Shown here piece by piece: positions 45,314-56,383 of a stretch of DNA of 64,000 nucleotides. A program made the translations under genes and the position numbers. The stretch spans positions 472,674-536,673 of the forward strand of contig CAVZUH010000002.1 of NCBI GenBank assembly GCA_963778505.1. Direction: 5' to 3'. Origin of the DNA: an uncultured Actinomycetota bacterium (lineage in GTDB: Bacteria > Actinomycetota > UBA4738 > HRBIN12). The notes below the pieces were generated by a model that did no database searches, had not been told where the DNA came from, and saw only the letters and a list, made by a program, of their open reading frames with translations. The first letter of the stretch is position 1; every line of letters begins with the position of its first letter.

Positions 45314-47103
45314 CGTTCGCCCCGTTCGTAGGCGTGGATGATCGCGGCGTACCCGGGCGGCCGCGGCCATCAGCTCGTCGTGTGTGCCGGTCGCCGAGAC
45401 GCGGCCTCCCTCGAGGAAGATGACGCGATCGGCCAGACGGATCGTCGACAGGCGGTAGGCGATCACGACGAGCGTGGTGTGCAGCTCCTCACGGAGCGCC
45501 GCGAGGATCTGCGCCTCGACCGACGCGTCGACCGAGGACGTCGCGTCGTCCAGGATCAGCACGCGCGGTTCGCGGACGATCGCTCGCGCCAGCGCGACGC
45601 GCTGGCGCTCCCCTCCCGACAACGTGTAGCCGCGCTCGCCGACGACCGTGTCGAAGCCGTCGGGCAGCGCGTCGCACGAATCGGTCGACCGCCGCGATCC
45701 GCGCGGCGCGTTCGACCGCGTCTCCGTCCGCCTCCGGAGTCGAGCGCGATGTTCTCCCCGATGGTGGTGGAGAACAGGAAGCTCTCCTGGAACACGATCG
45801 AGACGGCGCGCCGGAGCGACTCCGGCTCGGCGTGTCGGAGGTCGATCCCGCCGACCCGCACCGCGCCGCTCTCGGGATCGGCGAGCCGGACGAGGAGCTG
45901 GGCGAGCGTGGACTTCCCTCCGCCGGTCTGTCCCACGATCGCCACGGACTCCTGCGGCCCGATCCGCAGCGATACCCCGTCGAGGACACGCGATGCCGTC
46001 GAAGCATGTGATGGACGTCCTCGGCTTCGAGACCGAGCGGGCCGTCGGGCAGCGGCATCGGTTCCACCGCGGGGAGCACGGTGACGGGCTCGTCGAAGAC
46101 CTTCTCGAGCCGGTCGTACCCCACCACCGCTCGTGGCAGCTCCGCCAGGATCCAGCCGATGAACCGCATCGGCCACGCGAGGAGGTCGAACAGCGCGATG
46201 AAGCCGATCAGGCTCTCCGAGCGTGATCGCCCCCGGCGACGACCCGCCACGAACCGACCACCAGCAGGAGCGTGGCCGCGAGGGCGGGGAGCGCGTCCAG
46301 CGCCGCCTCGAACGTGGCCCGGATGAACCCGGCCTCGACCCGTCGTCACGGAGAGCCACGGCCTTGACGGCAAGCCGCTCGGTCTCGGCCTCCTCGCGTC
46401 CGAGGGTCTTCACGACGAGCGCACCGTCGATCGACTCGTGCGCGACGGCCGACACCTCGCCGATCCGCTCCTGCGCCCGGCGGGCGGGTACCCTCCATCC
46501 GTCTCGCGAAGCTCTGGTTCATCATCGCGAGGGCCGGGAACAGGACGATCGCGATCAGGGCGAGGAAGATGTCCGTCGCGAGCAGCTGGACCATGGCGAG
46601 TGACGACCAGCACGATCACGCCGGTGGCGAACGGGACGGGCCAGAAGACGTCCACCGCCGCCTTCACGTCGGCCTCCATGTGCGCGAGGAGCTCGCCCGG
46701 TCGGGGTCTCCCGGTGGTAGGCGAGCGAGAGCCGCCGGTAGCGGTCCGCGATCCTCGTGCGGAGCGTGGCCATCACCCGCTCGCCGGCAACGCCGCTGTA
46801 GAAGCGACGCATCATGATCCCGAGCGCCCGCAGGCATCCGAACGCCATCAGCGCGCGCGACCGCGAGCCAGATCTTCCGAGAGGCGACGCCGCCCTCGAA
46901 TGCCGGGCGCAGCACCTCGTCGGTGGCGCGGCCCAGCGCGGTCGTGAGCGCGATCGAGGCGAAGGCGAACAGCGATCGCGCCCGCCACGGAGACGAAGAA
47001 CGGTCCCGGATGCATCCGGACGTAGGAGACGATCAGGCGGAGGCCGCGCCCGAAGAGCCCCTGGGCGGCGCCGCTGCGGACGCCTCTCGGGTCGCATCCG
47101 GCG
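45310..47103 (-). CDS. ABC transporter, fused permease/ATP-binding exporter (first gene of the pair), with frameshifts
   Basis: TMD ..ALMAFGCLRALGIMMRRFYSGVAGERVMATLRTRIADRYRRLSLAYHRETPTGELL... NBD ESVAIVGQTGGGKSTLAQLL, LSGGERQRVALARAIV, VLILDDATSSVD. Confidence 0.85.
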
Positions 47104-47137
47104 CTATGGGGGTCTGCGCGTTCACGGCCATCACCCT

Positions 47138-48870
47138 ATGATGCGCACCATGACCGACCACCGCCCGTGGTTCCGGGTGTGGCGCGCGGGAGTCCCCAAG
47201 ACGGTCGCGCCGTTCCCGCGCCAGAGCGTCTTCAACCTGCTCGCGGACTCCGCGGCCGGGTTCCCCGAGTCGACGGCCATCGCGTTCCTCGGCAAGCACA
47301 TGAACTACCGCGAGCTCCTGCAGCGAGGTGGAGCGCTTCAGCGCCGTCCTGGCAGGCCTCGGGGTCAAGCGGGGCGACCGCGTCGGCCTCCTCCTCCCGA
47401 ACTCACCGCAGTACGTGATCGCGTGGTACGCGTGCCAGCGCCTCGGCGCCGTCGCCGTGGGCAACAACCCTCTCTACACGCAGCGCGAGCTCGCGCACCA
47501 GATCAAGGATCACTCGCCCAGCGTGATGGTCGTCCTCGACCAGCTCTACCCGGCCTGGTCGGCCGTGCAGGGCGAGGTTCCGGTCCGTGAGGTCATCGTC
47601 ACCAAGCTGACCGACTACATGCAAGTTCCCGTTGAACCTGCTCGCGCCCATCAAGTTCAGGAAGGACGCGAAGCACGAGGGCAAGCCCTGGCCGCCGGTC
47701 CCGTCCGATGCGCGCGTCCGATGGTGGAAGGAGTCGATGAGCTCCGCCGGCTCGCCTCCTCCGGTCGCCGAGGTCGATGCCGAGCACGACACCGCCACGC
47801 TCGTCTACACCGGGCGGAACGACCGGCTTGTCGAAGGGCGCGATGCTCTCCCACTTCAACATCTCGTCGAACATCCGTCAGGTCGTGCCGTGCATCACGT
47901 TCTTCGAACGCGGCAAGGACGGCGTGATGTGCATCCTGCCGTTCTTCCACTCGTTCGGCACTGGTGGCGATGAACTTCGGCATCGCCCAGGCCGGCAAGC
48001 TCGTCCTCCTGCCTCGCTTCGAGGTCCACATGGCTCTGAAGGAGCTCGACAAGGAGAAGCCGTCGTTCTTCCCCGGCGTGCCCCGCCTGTTCGTCGCTCT
48101 GAACGAGGCGCCCGAGACGCGCGAAGTACGACCTGAAGTCGGTGAAGGCCTGCATCTCGGGCGCGGCGCCGCTCCCGCGCGCGGTCGCGGAGAAGTTCCA
48201 CCAGGTGACCGGCGGCGCCAACCTCGTGGAGGGGTACGGGCTCACCGAGACGTCGCCGGTGACGCACGTGAACCCGTTCGACGAGCCGAAGCACGGGACC
48301 ATCGGTCTGCCGATCCCCGACACCGATTGCCGGATCGTCTCGCTCGAGGATCCGGACAGCGAGGTGCCGCTGGGCGAGCGAGGCGAGCTCTGCATCAAGG
48401 GACCGCAGGTCATGCTCGGGTACTGGAACAAGCCCGAGGCCACGGCCGAGATGATCCGGGGCGAACTGGCTGCACACCGGCGACATCGCGATCATGGACG
48501 ACGAGGGGTTCTTCCAGATCGTCGACCGGATGAAGGACATGATCATCGTCTCCGGCTTCAACGTGTACCCGACCGAGGTCGAGGCCGTGATCTATCGGCA
48601 TCCGAAGGTATCGAAGGCGTGCGTGGTGGGCCTGCCCGACGACACGACCGGGGAGCGGGTCAAGGCCTACGTCGTCGCGAAGGAGGGCGAGACCGCTGAC
48701 CGGCGAGGAGCTCGAGGCATGGTGCTCGTGACCCCGCGCAGGGTCTCACCGGCTACCGCGTACCGAAGGAGTGGGAGTTCCGCGACGAGCTGCCGGAGAC
48801 GCTGATCGGCAAGGTCCTGCGGCGGGTGCTCCAGGAGGAGGAGCGGCAGAAGGCAGCGGCCGGCTCGTGA
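47138..48870 (+). CDS. fadD: Long-chain-fatty-acid--CoA ligase / acyl-AMP ligase (FadD-like), with eight or more frameshifts
   Basis: ..[20 protein letters not shown].. (AMP-binding motif I), ..[13 protein letters not shown].., ..[39 protein letters not shown].., ..IGKVLRRVL... Confidence 0.85.
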
Positions 48871-48905
48871 GGCCGTTGTGAGCGCAGGCCGCTAGCCTCA
48901 TCCGA

Positions 48906-50263
48906 GTGGATGTCCTACTCTTCCGCGACGCGGGACTCGGGAACGGCTCATATCTCATCGAGGTGAGCGCGGGCCGGGCGGTGCTGGTCGACCCCGACCG
49001 TCGTGTTCGTCGATATCTGGGCGCGGCAACAGACCGCGGGTTCGAGATCGCAGGGGTCCTGGACACGCACCTGCACGCGGATTTCGTATCGGGGGCTCAG
49101 GACATCCGCGCCGAGACGGGTGCGGAGCTGTACGAGCCCGCGGAGGCGGGTGTGCCGTTCCCCCACACTCCCGTGAAGCCGGGCGAACGGATCGACCTGG
49201 GAGAGGTGGAGGTCGAGGTGTTGTCGACGCCGGGTCACTCGTCGGAGCACGTGGCGTACGTGTTCCGTCGCGAGGGCGAAGCGGCTCCGGTCCTGTTCAG
49301 CGGCGGGGCGCTGATCGTGGGCGGCGCGGCCCGATCCGATCTCGCGGGACCCGAGCTCACCGACCACCTCACACATCACGAGTTCGAGACCTTGCAGCGA
49401 GCATTTCTCGATCTGCCCGACGAGACCTTGCTGAAGCCCACGCACGGAGGCGGGTCGTTCTGCGCGGCAGGGAGCGGGACGAACCACGTCTCGACGCTCG
49501 GCGAGGAGCGTGCCACGAACCCCTGCTCTCGATGAGCGAGCGAGGAGTTCCTGCGGTCGTGGCCCGCGTCGTTCCCGCGCACCCCGGCGTACTTCGCGCG
49601 GATGCGTGAGGTGAACTGGGCAGGTCCCCGGCTGCGGAGCGACATCGAGCTGCCGGCTGCGCTCGCGCCGAAGGCCTTCGTGGACGCGGCGTCGGTGCCC
49701 GGGTCGGTCGTGGTGGACGTGCGGGCTCCCGCGTCTTACGCCGAGGCGCACGGCCGAAGGGGCACTCGCGATCCCGTTCCGCGACAGCTTCCCGACGTGG
49801 CTGGGCTGGCTCGTCCCGGCCGATGCGCGGATCCTGCTCGTGTTGGGGGAGGCTTCGCTCGACGACGTGGTCGACGCCTGCACGCTGGTCGGATTCGAGC
49901 GGTTCGAGGGCTACCTGGACGGTGGGATGGACGCATGGCGCGAGGCGAGGTCTCCCCATCCGCTCCCTGCCCGCGATCGGGTCCGACGACGTGGTGTCGT
50001 GGCTCGAGAAGGGTGCGCAACCGCTCGACGTGCGGGAGCCGGATGAGCTCGAGCTCGGCGGAGTCGCGGGCGCGGTGTCGGTGCCGCTCGGAGACCTGCC
50101 GCAGCATGTCAACGTGCTCCCGGCCGGTCGGCCGCTGCTCGTCTACTGCGCATCAGGGATGCGTTCGACCACGGCCGCGTCGCTCCTGGAGCGGGCCGGC
50201 GTCGGCCCGGTCGTGAACCTCAAGGGCGGCTACGGCGCGTGGCAGGAAGCCGGCCGCGACTGA
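48906..50263 (+). CDS. MBL-fold metallo-hydrolase fused to two rhodanese domains (persulfide-dioxygenase-like), with two frameshifts
   Basis: ..VLDTHLHADFVSG.. (HxHxDH), ..TPGHSSEHVAYVF... Rhodanese modules ..VVDVRAPASYAEAH.. and ..PLLVYCASGMRSTTAASLLERAGVGPVVNLKGGYGAWQEAG. Confidence 0.75.
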
Positions 50264-51011
50264 CGGCGCTTCCGGGCGCCGGCTCCTTCGAGCCGGGAGT
50301 GATCCCCAAGGCCGCCACGTCACCGACCACGAGCGTGGCGGGGGGTCCGATGCTCGCTGCGCCGGCGAGGAGCGGGAGGGTCCGGAGGGTCCCCACCACG
50401 CAGCGTTGCTCCGGTGTCCACGCCCATTGCACGATCGCGGCCGGCCCGTCGGAAGGACGCCCGACCGCTATCAGCTCGGCGCACGTCTCCGCGAGTCGGC
50501 CCGCGGCCATCAGCACGACGAGCGTGTCGGCACCCGCGACCCGCGAGAGATCCACCTCGTCGTCGTGGGCGGTCGACCCCGTGACGACCGCGAAGGAACG
50601 CGCGACGCCCCGATGGGTGACCGGGATGCCCGCCGCGGCGGGTGCCGCGACGGCGGCGGACACGCCCGGGACGACTTCGCACGGGACGCACGCGGCGGCG
50701 CATGCGGCCATCTCCTCTCCGCCCCGTCCGAAGACGAACGGGTCGCCGCCCTTCAGGCGCACGACGAACGCGCCACCGAGCGCTCGATCGACCAGAAGGC
50801 GCTCGATCTCTCCCTGCGCCACGGCAGCGCGGCCCGGCTCCTTCCCCACGTAGATCCGCTCGGCCTCGACGGGCGCCAGCTCGAGCAGCTCCGGCGCGAC
50901 GAGCCTGTCGTAGACGACGACGTCGGCGTTCGCGAGCGCTCGCGCACCCCGGATCGTGATCAGCTCGGGGTCGCCGGGCCCCGCGCCGACGAGAGCGACC
51001 CGGCCCGTCAT
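50220..51011 (-). CDS. cobA: Uroporphyrinogen-III C-methyltransferase (SUMT)
   Basis: MTGRVALVGAGPGDPELITIRGARALANADVVVYDRL..VRLKGGDPFVFGRGGEE..GIPVTHRGVARSFAVVTG. Intact 263-aa ORF. Its 3' end overlaps the convergent MBL-rhodanese gene. Confidence 0.9.
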   Translation of the reverse strand: MTGRVALVGAGPGDPELITIRGARALANADVVVYDRLVAPELLELAPVEAERIYVGKEPGRAAVAQGEIERLLVDRALGGAFVVRLKGGDPFVFGRGGEEMAACAAACVPCEVVPGVSAAVAAPAAAGIPVTHRGVARSFAVVTGSTAHDDEVDLSRVAGADTLVVLMAAGRLAETCAELIAVGRPSDGPAAIVQWAWTPEQRCVVGTLRTLPLLAGAASIGPPATLVVGDVAALGITPGSKEPAPGSAVSRGRLPATRRSRP

Positions 51012-51651
51012 GAGGCCTGTACCTCGTCGAGCAACCGCGTGCGCAGACGCGCGCGCAGCTCCTCGCTGCGTCCCTCGCGGACGAGCTCGGCTGCTTCGTC
51101 GAGATCGAGGGCGTCTTGCCAGCGGCGTGCTCGCTCAGCGAGGTCGGGGACTGCCTGCAGGGTTTCCCGGCGAACCTCCCCCACGACACGCAGGACCTCC
51201 GCCCACTCAGCGCCGAATCCCTCCTGGAGTCGCTCCCGGACGAGCCTCGCGACGGCGGGAGACACGCCTCCGGTGCCGATCGCGATCACGAGGTCTCCGC
51301 GTCGTACGATGGCTGGCGCCGCCCAGTCGCAATGGGGGATATCGTCGATCACATTGACGAGTACCCCTCGCGCGCGTGCTTCGCGCGCGATCGCGGCGCG
51401 CGTGGCGGCGCGTCCGACGATGCCACGGCGAGGAACGCACCGTCCAGGTCACCGGGCCGCCACGCTCGACGCTCGACGCGCACCCCCGCCACGTCCTCGA
51501 AGCGATCGTGGAGGCTCTCCTCAACGACCAACACGTCCATCGCGCCGGCCGCCAACAAGCCTTCGACCTTGCCCTCCCGGATCGCCTGGGCGCCGATCAC
51601 GACGCAGCGTCGGCCCGCGAGCTCGAGCATCGCCGGGTAGCCGAAGCTCAT
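51008..51651 (-). CDS. Precorrin-2 dehydrogenase / sirohydrochlorin ferrochelatase (SirC/Met8-like, CysG N-domain), with one frameshift
   Basis: MSFGYPAMLELAGRRCVVIGAQAIREGKVEGLLAAGAMDVLVV.. (Rossmann) then ..IDDIPHCDWAAPAIVRRGDLVIAIGTGGVSPAVARLVRERL... Its stop overlaps the cobA start (ATGA). Confidence 0.75.
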
Positions 51652-51654
51652 CCC

Positions 51655-52464
51655 GGCCGCCCCCTCTCGCTCGCGGTCCGACGCGGAGCCCAGCAGCCCC
51701 ACCGAGCAGTGGATCCCGCACTCCTTGTCGGTCTCCTGCTCCCACCACCAGCGGCCGGCGCGCTCGGACTCGCCCGGAGCGACGGCCCGCGTGCACGGCG
51801 CGCAGCCGATCGATGTGTAGCCCTGGTCGAAGAGCGCGTGGTACGGGACCTCGTGCTCGTGCACGTAGTCCCACACGCGTTCCAGCGTCCAGTCCGCCAC
51901 GGGGTTGAGCTTCACGATCCCGCCGTGGTCGCGGTCCAGCTCGACCTTCGCGATGTTCGTCCGGCTGCGCCACTGCTCGCGGCGGAGACCCGCGACCCAT
52001 GCGTCCAGCGTCGCGAGCTTCCGCTTCAGCGGCTCCACCTTCCGGACCTCGCAGCAGCGGAGGCGCAGATCGACGCTCCCGTACATCAGGTTCGGGCCGT
52101 GCTCGGTCACCATCGCCGCGGCGGTGTCCGCGTCCGGGTACTCGAACTCCACGGCGATCCCATAGCGCTCGCGGACCCGTTCGAACAGCTCGTAGGTCTC
52201 GGGTGGGAGGCGGCCGGTGTCCAACGTGAAGATGCGCACGTCGGGGTTCAGCCGCCATGCCATGTCGACGAGCACCATGCCGTCGACGCCCCCCGCGGCG
52301 CTGATCGCGAGACGGGGGTGGAAGCGTTCGAGCGCCCACGCCAGCAGATCCTCGGCGGCGGCGTCCTCGAACCGTTCCGCCGCCCGCTGCACCCAGATCT
52401 CCTCCTCCTCGAAGACCGGGAGCACGGGCTGGTGGATCGGCTGGACCGGATCACGATCGGCCAT
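51655..52464 (-). CDS. cysH: Phosphoadenosine-phosphosulfate / adenylylsulfate reductase (thioredoxin-dependent, Fe-S type), frameshifted at the 3' end so that it runs into sirC
   Basis: MADRDPVQPIHQ.., ..VKLNPVADWT.., ..YTSIGCAPCTR.., ..KECGIHCS (ECGLH-type Fe-S motif). Confidence 0.85.
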
Positions 52465-52610
52465 CAGGCACCTCCCACGGCGGCCAGGGAGAGCTCGAAC
52501 GTTCGCTCGCAGACCTCGCATCGCCACCCTGACGGGTCGGCGGGACGCAGCTCCTGCTCGCCGCAGAACGGGCAGTAGAACGGCACGGCGCGTGGTGTCA
52601 CGGAGCTCAT
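52464..52610 (-). CDS. Small Cys4 zinc-ribbon / ferredoxin-like protein (CysX-like) between sirA and cysH
   Basis: MSSVTPRAVPFYCPFCGEQELRPADPSGWRCEVCERTFELSLAAVGGA (two CxxC pairs). Its stop overlaps the cysH start. Confidence 0.5.
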   Translation of the reverse strand: MSSVTPRAVPFYCPFCGEQELRPADPSGWRCEVCERTFELSLAAVGGA

Positions 52611-54308
52611 CGGCCTCCCTCCGGCGTGGCGAACGAGGTGAGCTCGTCGTCGTCCATCCGTCGCACGAACTCCGTGAAGCTCGGTCTCTCCGGCCCCCGC
52701 CGGGCCCGGAACCGCCGGACGAGGGTCTCGACGTAGTCGGCGGCGTCCTCCGCGAAGACTCGCACGCCCTTGACCTTCCGTCCGAACGCGGCGCCGTCTC
52801 CCACCTGGCCGCCGAGGTGAACGAGGAACGCATCGGACTTCGTGCCGTCCGGGCGCCGCGCGAGGGCCGACATCAGACCGATGTCGGCCACCTGGAACCG
52901 TGCGCAGGAGTTGGGGCAGCCGTTCACGTGGATCCGGATCTCCTCGTCGAGTCCGGGCAGTCGCCGATCCAGCTCCTCGGCGAGCCAGCGGGCCCTGCCC
53001 TTGGTCTCCCCGATCGCCAGCTTGCAGAACTCGATCCCGGTGCACGCCATCACGCCCTTGCGGAACGGGCCGGGCGCCACGGGGAGGTCCAGCTCGTGCA
53101 AGCGTGCGGCCAGCTCGGCGGTCGCGGACTCCTCGACGTCGACGATCACGAACTTCTGGCGCGACGTGGTGCGGATCCTTCCGCTGCCGAACCGATCCGC
53201 GAGGTCGGCGACCAACCGGAGTTGGTGGCCGCTCAGCCGCCCGGCTCTCGGGGCGAAGCCAACGAAGGCGCGTCCGTCGAACTGCCTATGCACGCCGACG
53301 TGATCGCGCACGTGCATCGGCGCGGGCGGCGGCGCGGGCCCGTCGGGAAGGGATGAGTCGAGGAACTCCTTCTCGAGGATCCTCCGGAACTCCTCGGCCC
53401 CCCAGTCCTTGACCAGGAACTTGAGCCGGGCCTGGTTGCGCGATCGGCGGTAGCCGTACTCGCGGAAGAGGCTCGTGACCGCCGCCCACGTGTCGGGTGC
53501 CCGCTCGGGCGGAACGAAGGCCTCGAGCCGCTGCGCGAACATCGGGTTCGTCGAGAGCCCGCCCCCGACCCACAGGTCGAACCCCGGACCGAGCTCCGGG
53601 TGTTCGACGCCGACGAGAGAGATGTCGTTGATCTCGGGATCGGTGCAGCGGGCCAGCGCAGCCACTGATCGACGACTTGTACTTGCGGGGTAGGTTCGAG
53701 AACTCAGTCGTCCCGACGAATCGGTCGCGGATCTCGGCTATCACGGGCGTCGCGTCGAGGATGCCGTCGGCCGCGATGCCCGCCAGCGGGCACCCCAGGA
53801 TCACGCGAGGCGTGTCCCCACACGCCTCGGCCGTCGTGAGCCCCGTGGATTCGAGCCGCCCCCAGATCGCCGGGACGTCGTCGATCCGGATCCAATGCAG
53901 CTGCACGTTCTGACGATCCGTGACGTCGGCGAGGTCGCGGCCGTGGGTCTCGCTCGCCCAGGCGATCGCGCGAAGCTGCTCGGAGGTGAGCCGTCCGCCG
54001 TCGATCCGGATCCGCATCATGAAGAACTCGTCCTCGAGCTCATCGGGCTCCGCACTCCCGGTCCTCTCGCCGGGGACGCCCTGCTTCCGCTGGGTGTATA
54101 GGCCCCACCAGCGCATCCGGTTGCGCAGGTCTTGCTTGCCGATCGAACGGAACCCTCCGGGTGCGAAGATCCGCTCGATCCGCTCACGGACCTCGAGCGG
54201 CTCGGCTTCCTTCTTGATCTGCTCGGCGCCGTTCAGCGGCTCGTGGTAGCCGAGCGCCCATTGTCCTTGTCCACGGGGGCGGGGAGCCTTGCGTTCGATG
54301 AGTGCCAT
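52607..54308 (-). CDS. sirA: Ferredoxin-dependent sulfite reductase (nitrite/sulfite reductase hemoprotein family), with one frameshift
   Basis: ..RMRWWGLYTQRKQG..FMMRIRIDGGRLTSEQLRAIAW.. and ..ACTGIEFCKLAIGETKG..IHVNGCPNSCARFQVADIGLM.. (siroheme-[4Fe-4S] Cys cluster). Confidence 0.88.
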
Positions 54309-54598
54309 CGCGATGCCTTCCGGAGATGGAAAACGGCCGCCTCGCGGCGGCCGGCGGGGGTATCGGATGTCGGAGCGCTACGGCTGCGCGAGGGGTTCGA
54401 GGCCGGGGTCGGCCTCGGTGGTCACCTCGGGACAGCAGCAGAGGCGGTCCGGGATCATCGCCGCCACTTGCCCCGCCGTTCGCGTCCGGATCATCAGGCT
54501 GAATCCCATCTAGAAGGTCGGAGTTGCAGGTGCAAGAACCTATCGGCGGTGGCCAGGCCCCGTCAAGCCACGGTCGAGAGGTCGGGGGACGGCTTTTG

Positions 54599-55010
54599 GA
54601 TGCGCGAAGTGTCCAGACTGCTTGGGGAGGTGTCATGGGTGATGTTTCCCGATGGGATCGAGAAAGATCGGGACTCGGCCCGCAGCTCCGGGAGGAACTC
54701 GGCGATCTGGTCTGACCCCCAACTCGAGTTCGCGTTCGACATGCTCGAGGCGAACGCGACGATCGCCCAACCGGTGCCGTACGACGATTCGGTGAGTACC
54801 TTGGCGCCGGAGGATCGGAGGTCACGAGTGAACGAGGACGAGCTTGTCGAGCTCCTCCGTGAACGACAGAACAACGGCAGGATCGGCTACCTCACCTTCG
54901 GCGATCTGGTGGCGATGGTGCCCTCGGACCAGATGGATGAATGGCGAGCCGTGCTTGCCAAGGTCAGGGCCGCAGATACCGCGCGGGACGCGAAGGAAGA
55001 CACGGAATAG
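54599..55010 (+). CDS. Hypothetical acidic protein. Its C-terminus faintly resembles sigma-70 region 1.1/1.2 (GYLTFGDLVAMVPSDQMDEW); the start is uncertain.
   Basis: MREVSRLLGEVSWVMFPDGIEKDRDSA...ELVELLRERQNNGRIGYLTFGDLVAMVPSDQMDEWRAVLAKV..; the ORF ends at 55010. Confidence 0.3.
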
Positions 55011-55034
55011 CCCTGGTTGAAACCGAAAGGTCCA

Positions 55035-55883
55035 CTACGCCGTGAGTGCCGTGACGGCGGTGCGTTCCTCGAGGGTGAGACCGCGGAGCGGTGGCCGAAC
55101 GTCGGCATGGCGCAAGACGCCGCGATCCGTCAGCACCTGCTTCAACGCCGCATGGAACGGGATCCCCTCGAGGCGCTCACGGAGCTCGGTGACGCGAAGG
55201 TGGGCTTCGGGACTGTGGTCGTGCACGAGGGCGGCGACGACCTCCGGCCACGCCGAGGCGAGGCCCGAGACGGCGCCTACCGCGCCGCGTTCCATCCCCG
55301 CGCGCACGAGAGGCTCGGAGCCGACGAACACGTCCATGCCGTCGATGAGGTATGGCTCGATCGCGTCGAACGGCGTATCGCTCACCTTCATCCCGACGAC
55401 GTTGGTCTGTTCGAGGCGAAGCTGTGTGACCACGTCCACCGGGATCGCGTAGCCGCTACGGGCGGCGAACTCGTACACGTAGAACGGCAAAGGGTCGCAT
55501 GCGTCGGCGGCGGAACGCAGGTGGTCGAACAGCTCCCGCGCTCCGAGCGGGAAGTAGGGCGGCGCGATCACCGCGACGGCGTCCGCACCGATCTCGAGCG
55601 CGTGAGCGGCGAGCGCGATCGTGTCGCGGGTCGTCTGCGCTCCCGCGTGGATCGCGACCTGGAACCCGACGGGTCGAACCGCGAGGAATGCCTCGGCGAC
55701 GCGCCGGCGCTCCTCGAGCGTCAGGAGGACACCCTCCCCCGTGGTCCCGCAGGCGAGGAGCCCGTCGACGCCCCCGTCGGCCAGGAAGGCGACGAGCGAA
55801 GCGAAGTCATCCGGGTCGACCGACCGACCACCGTCCTTGAGCGGCGTCACCGCCGCTGCGATCGCTCCGTGCAGGCGCTGCAT
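55035..55883 (-). CDS. DapA-family aldolase (4-hydroxy-tetrahydrodipicolinate synthase / HOG-aldolase-like)
   Basis: Intact 282-aa ORF: ..AIAAAVTPLKDGGRSVDPDDFASLVAFLADGGVDGLLACGTTGEGVLLTLEERRRV..GMKVSDTPFD... Confidence 0.75.
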   Translation of the reverse strand: MQRLHGAIAAAVTPLKDGGRSVDPDDFASLVAFLADGGVDGLLACGTTGEGVLLTLEERRRVAEAFLAVRPVGFQVAIHAGAQTTRDTIALAAHALEIGADAVAVIAPPYFPLGARELFDHLRSAADACDPLPFYVYEFAARSGYAIPVDVVTQLRLEQTNVVGMKVSDTPFDAIEPYLIDGMDVFVGSEPLVRAGMERGAVGAVSGLASAWPEVVAALVHDHSPEAHLRVTELRERLEGIPFHAALKQVLTDRGVLRHADVRPPLRGLTLEERTAVTALTA

Positions 55884-55941
55884 CGTCGGGATGCTACCCG
55901 GGGCGTACCATGGAACTGCGAGCCGAGGAGGTGCCAGGAAG

Positions 55942-56367
55942 ATGACAGACGTGCGCCGCTACTTGGTGGTCGCGAACCAGACCCTCGGTGGAGGCCACCT
56001 GGTGTCGCTCCTGCGGGAGCTCGGGGAGAAGCCTTCGATGTTCCACGTGCTCGTCCCCGCGAGTCCTCCCGGGGACCATCTGTGGACCGAGGCGGAGGCC
56101 AACGCGCTCGCTCGCAGACGGCTCGAGGTTGCACTCGAGCGTTTCCGGAAGCTGGGGATCGAGGTGACCGGCGAGGTCGGAGATGGGAAGCCGCTGCAGG
56201 CGATCGACGATGTCCTCTCGCGTGAGTCCTTCGACGAGATCGTCCTGTCGACGCTCCCACCGCGGCTTTCGCGATGGCTGAAGCTCGACCTCGTGCATCG
56301 CGTCGAGTCCGCCTACGGGCTGCCGGTCCGCCACGTGATCGCGCCCAGAGAGACCATCGAGGTCTGA
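55942..56367 (+). CDS. Hypothetical protein (Rossmann/USP-like fold suspected)
   Basis: MTDVRRYLVVANQTLGGGHLVSLLRELGEKPSMFHVLVPASPP...FDEIVLSTLPPRLSRWLKLDLVHRV.. Confidence 0.35.
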   Translation: MTDVRRYLVVANQTLGGGHLVSLLRELGEKPSMFHVLVPASPPGDHLWTEAEANALARRRLEVALERFRKLGIEVTGEVGDGKPLQAIDDVLSRESFDEIVLSTLPPRLSRWLKLDLVHRVESAYGLPVRHVIAPRETIEV

Positions 56368-56383
56368 TCCAACCGAGGGAACG

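Noticed and set aside
54333-54352. Short GC palindrome CGGCCGCCTCGCGGCGGCCG upstream of sirA as a terminator or regulatory hairpin
   Set aside because: Only an 8-bp stem, lying in the 5' leader of a minus-strand gene with no plus-strand gene upstream. Too weak to call.
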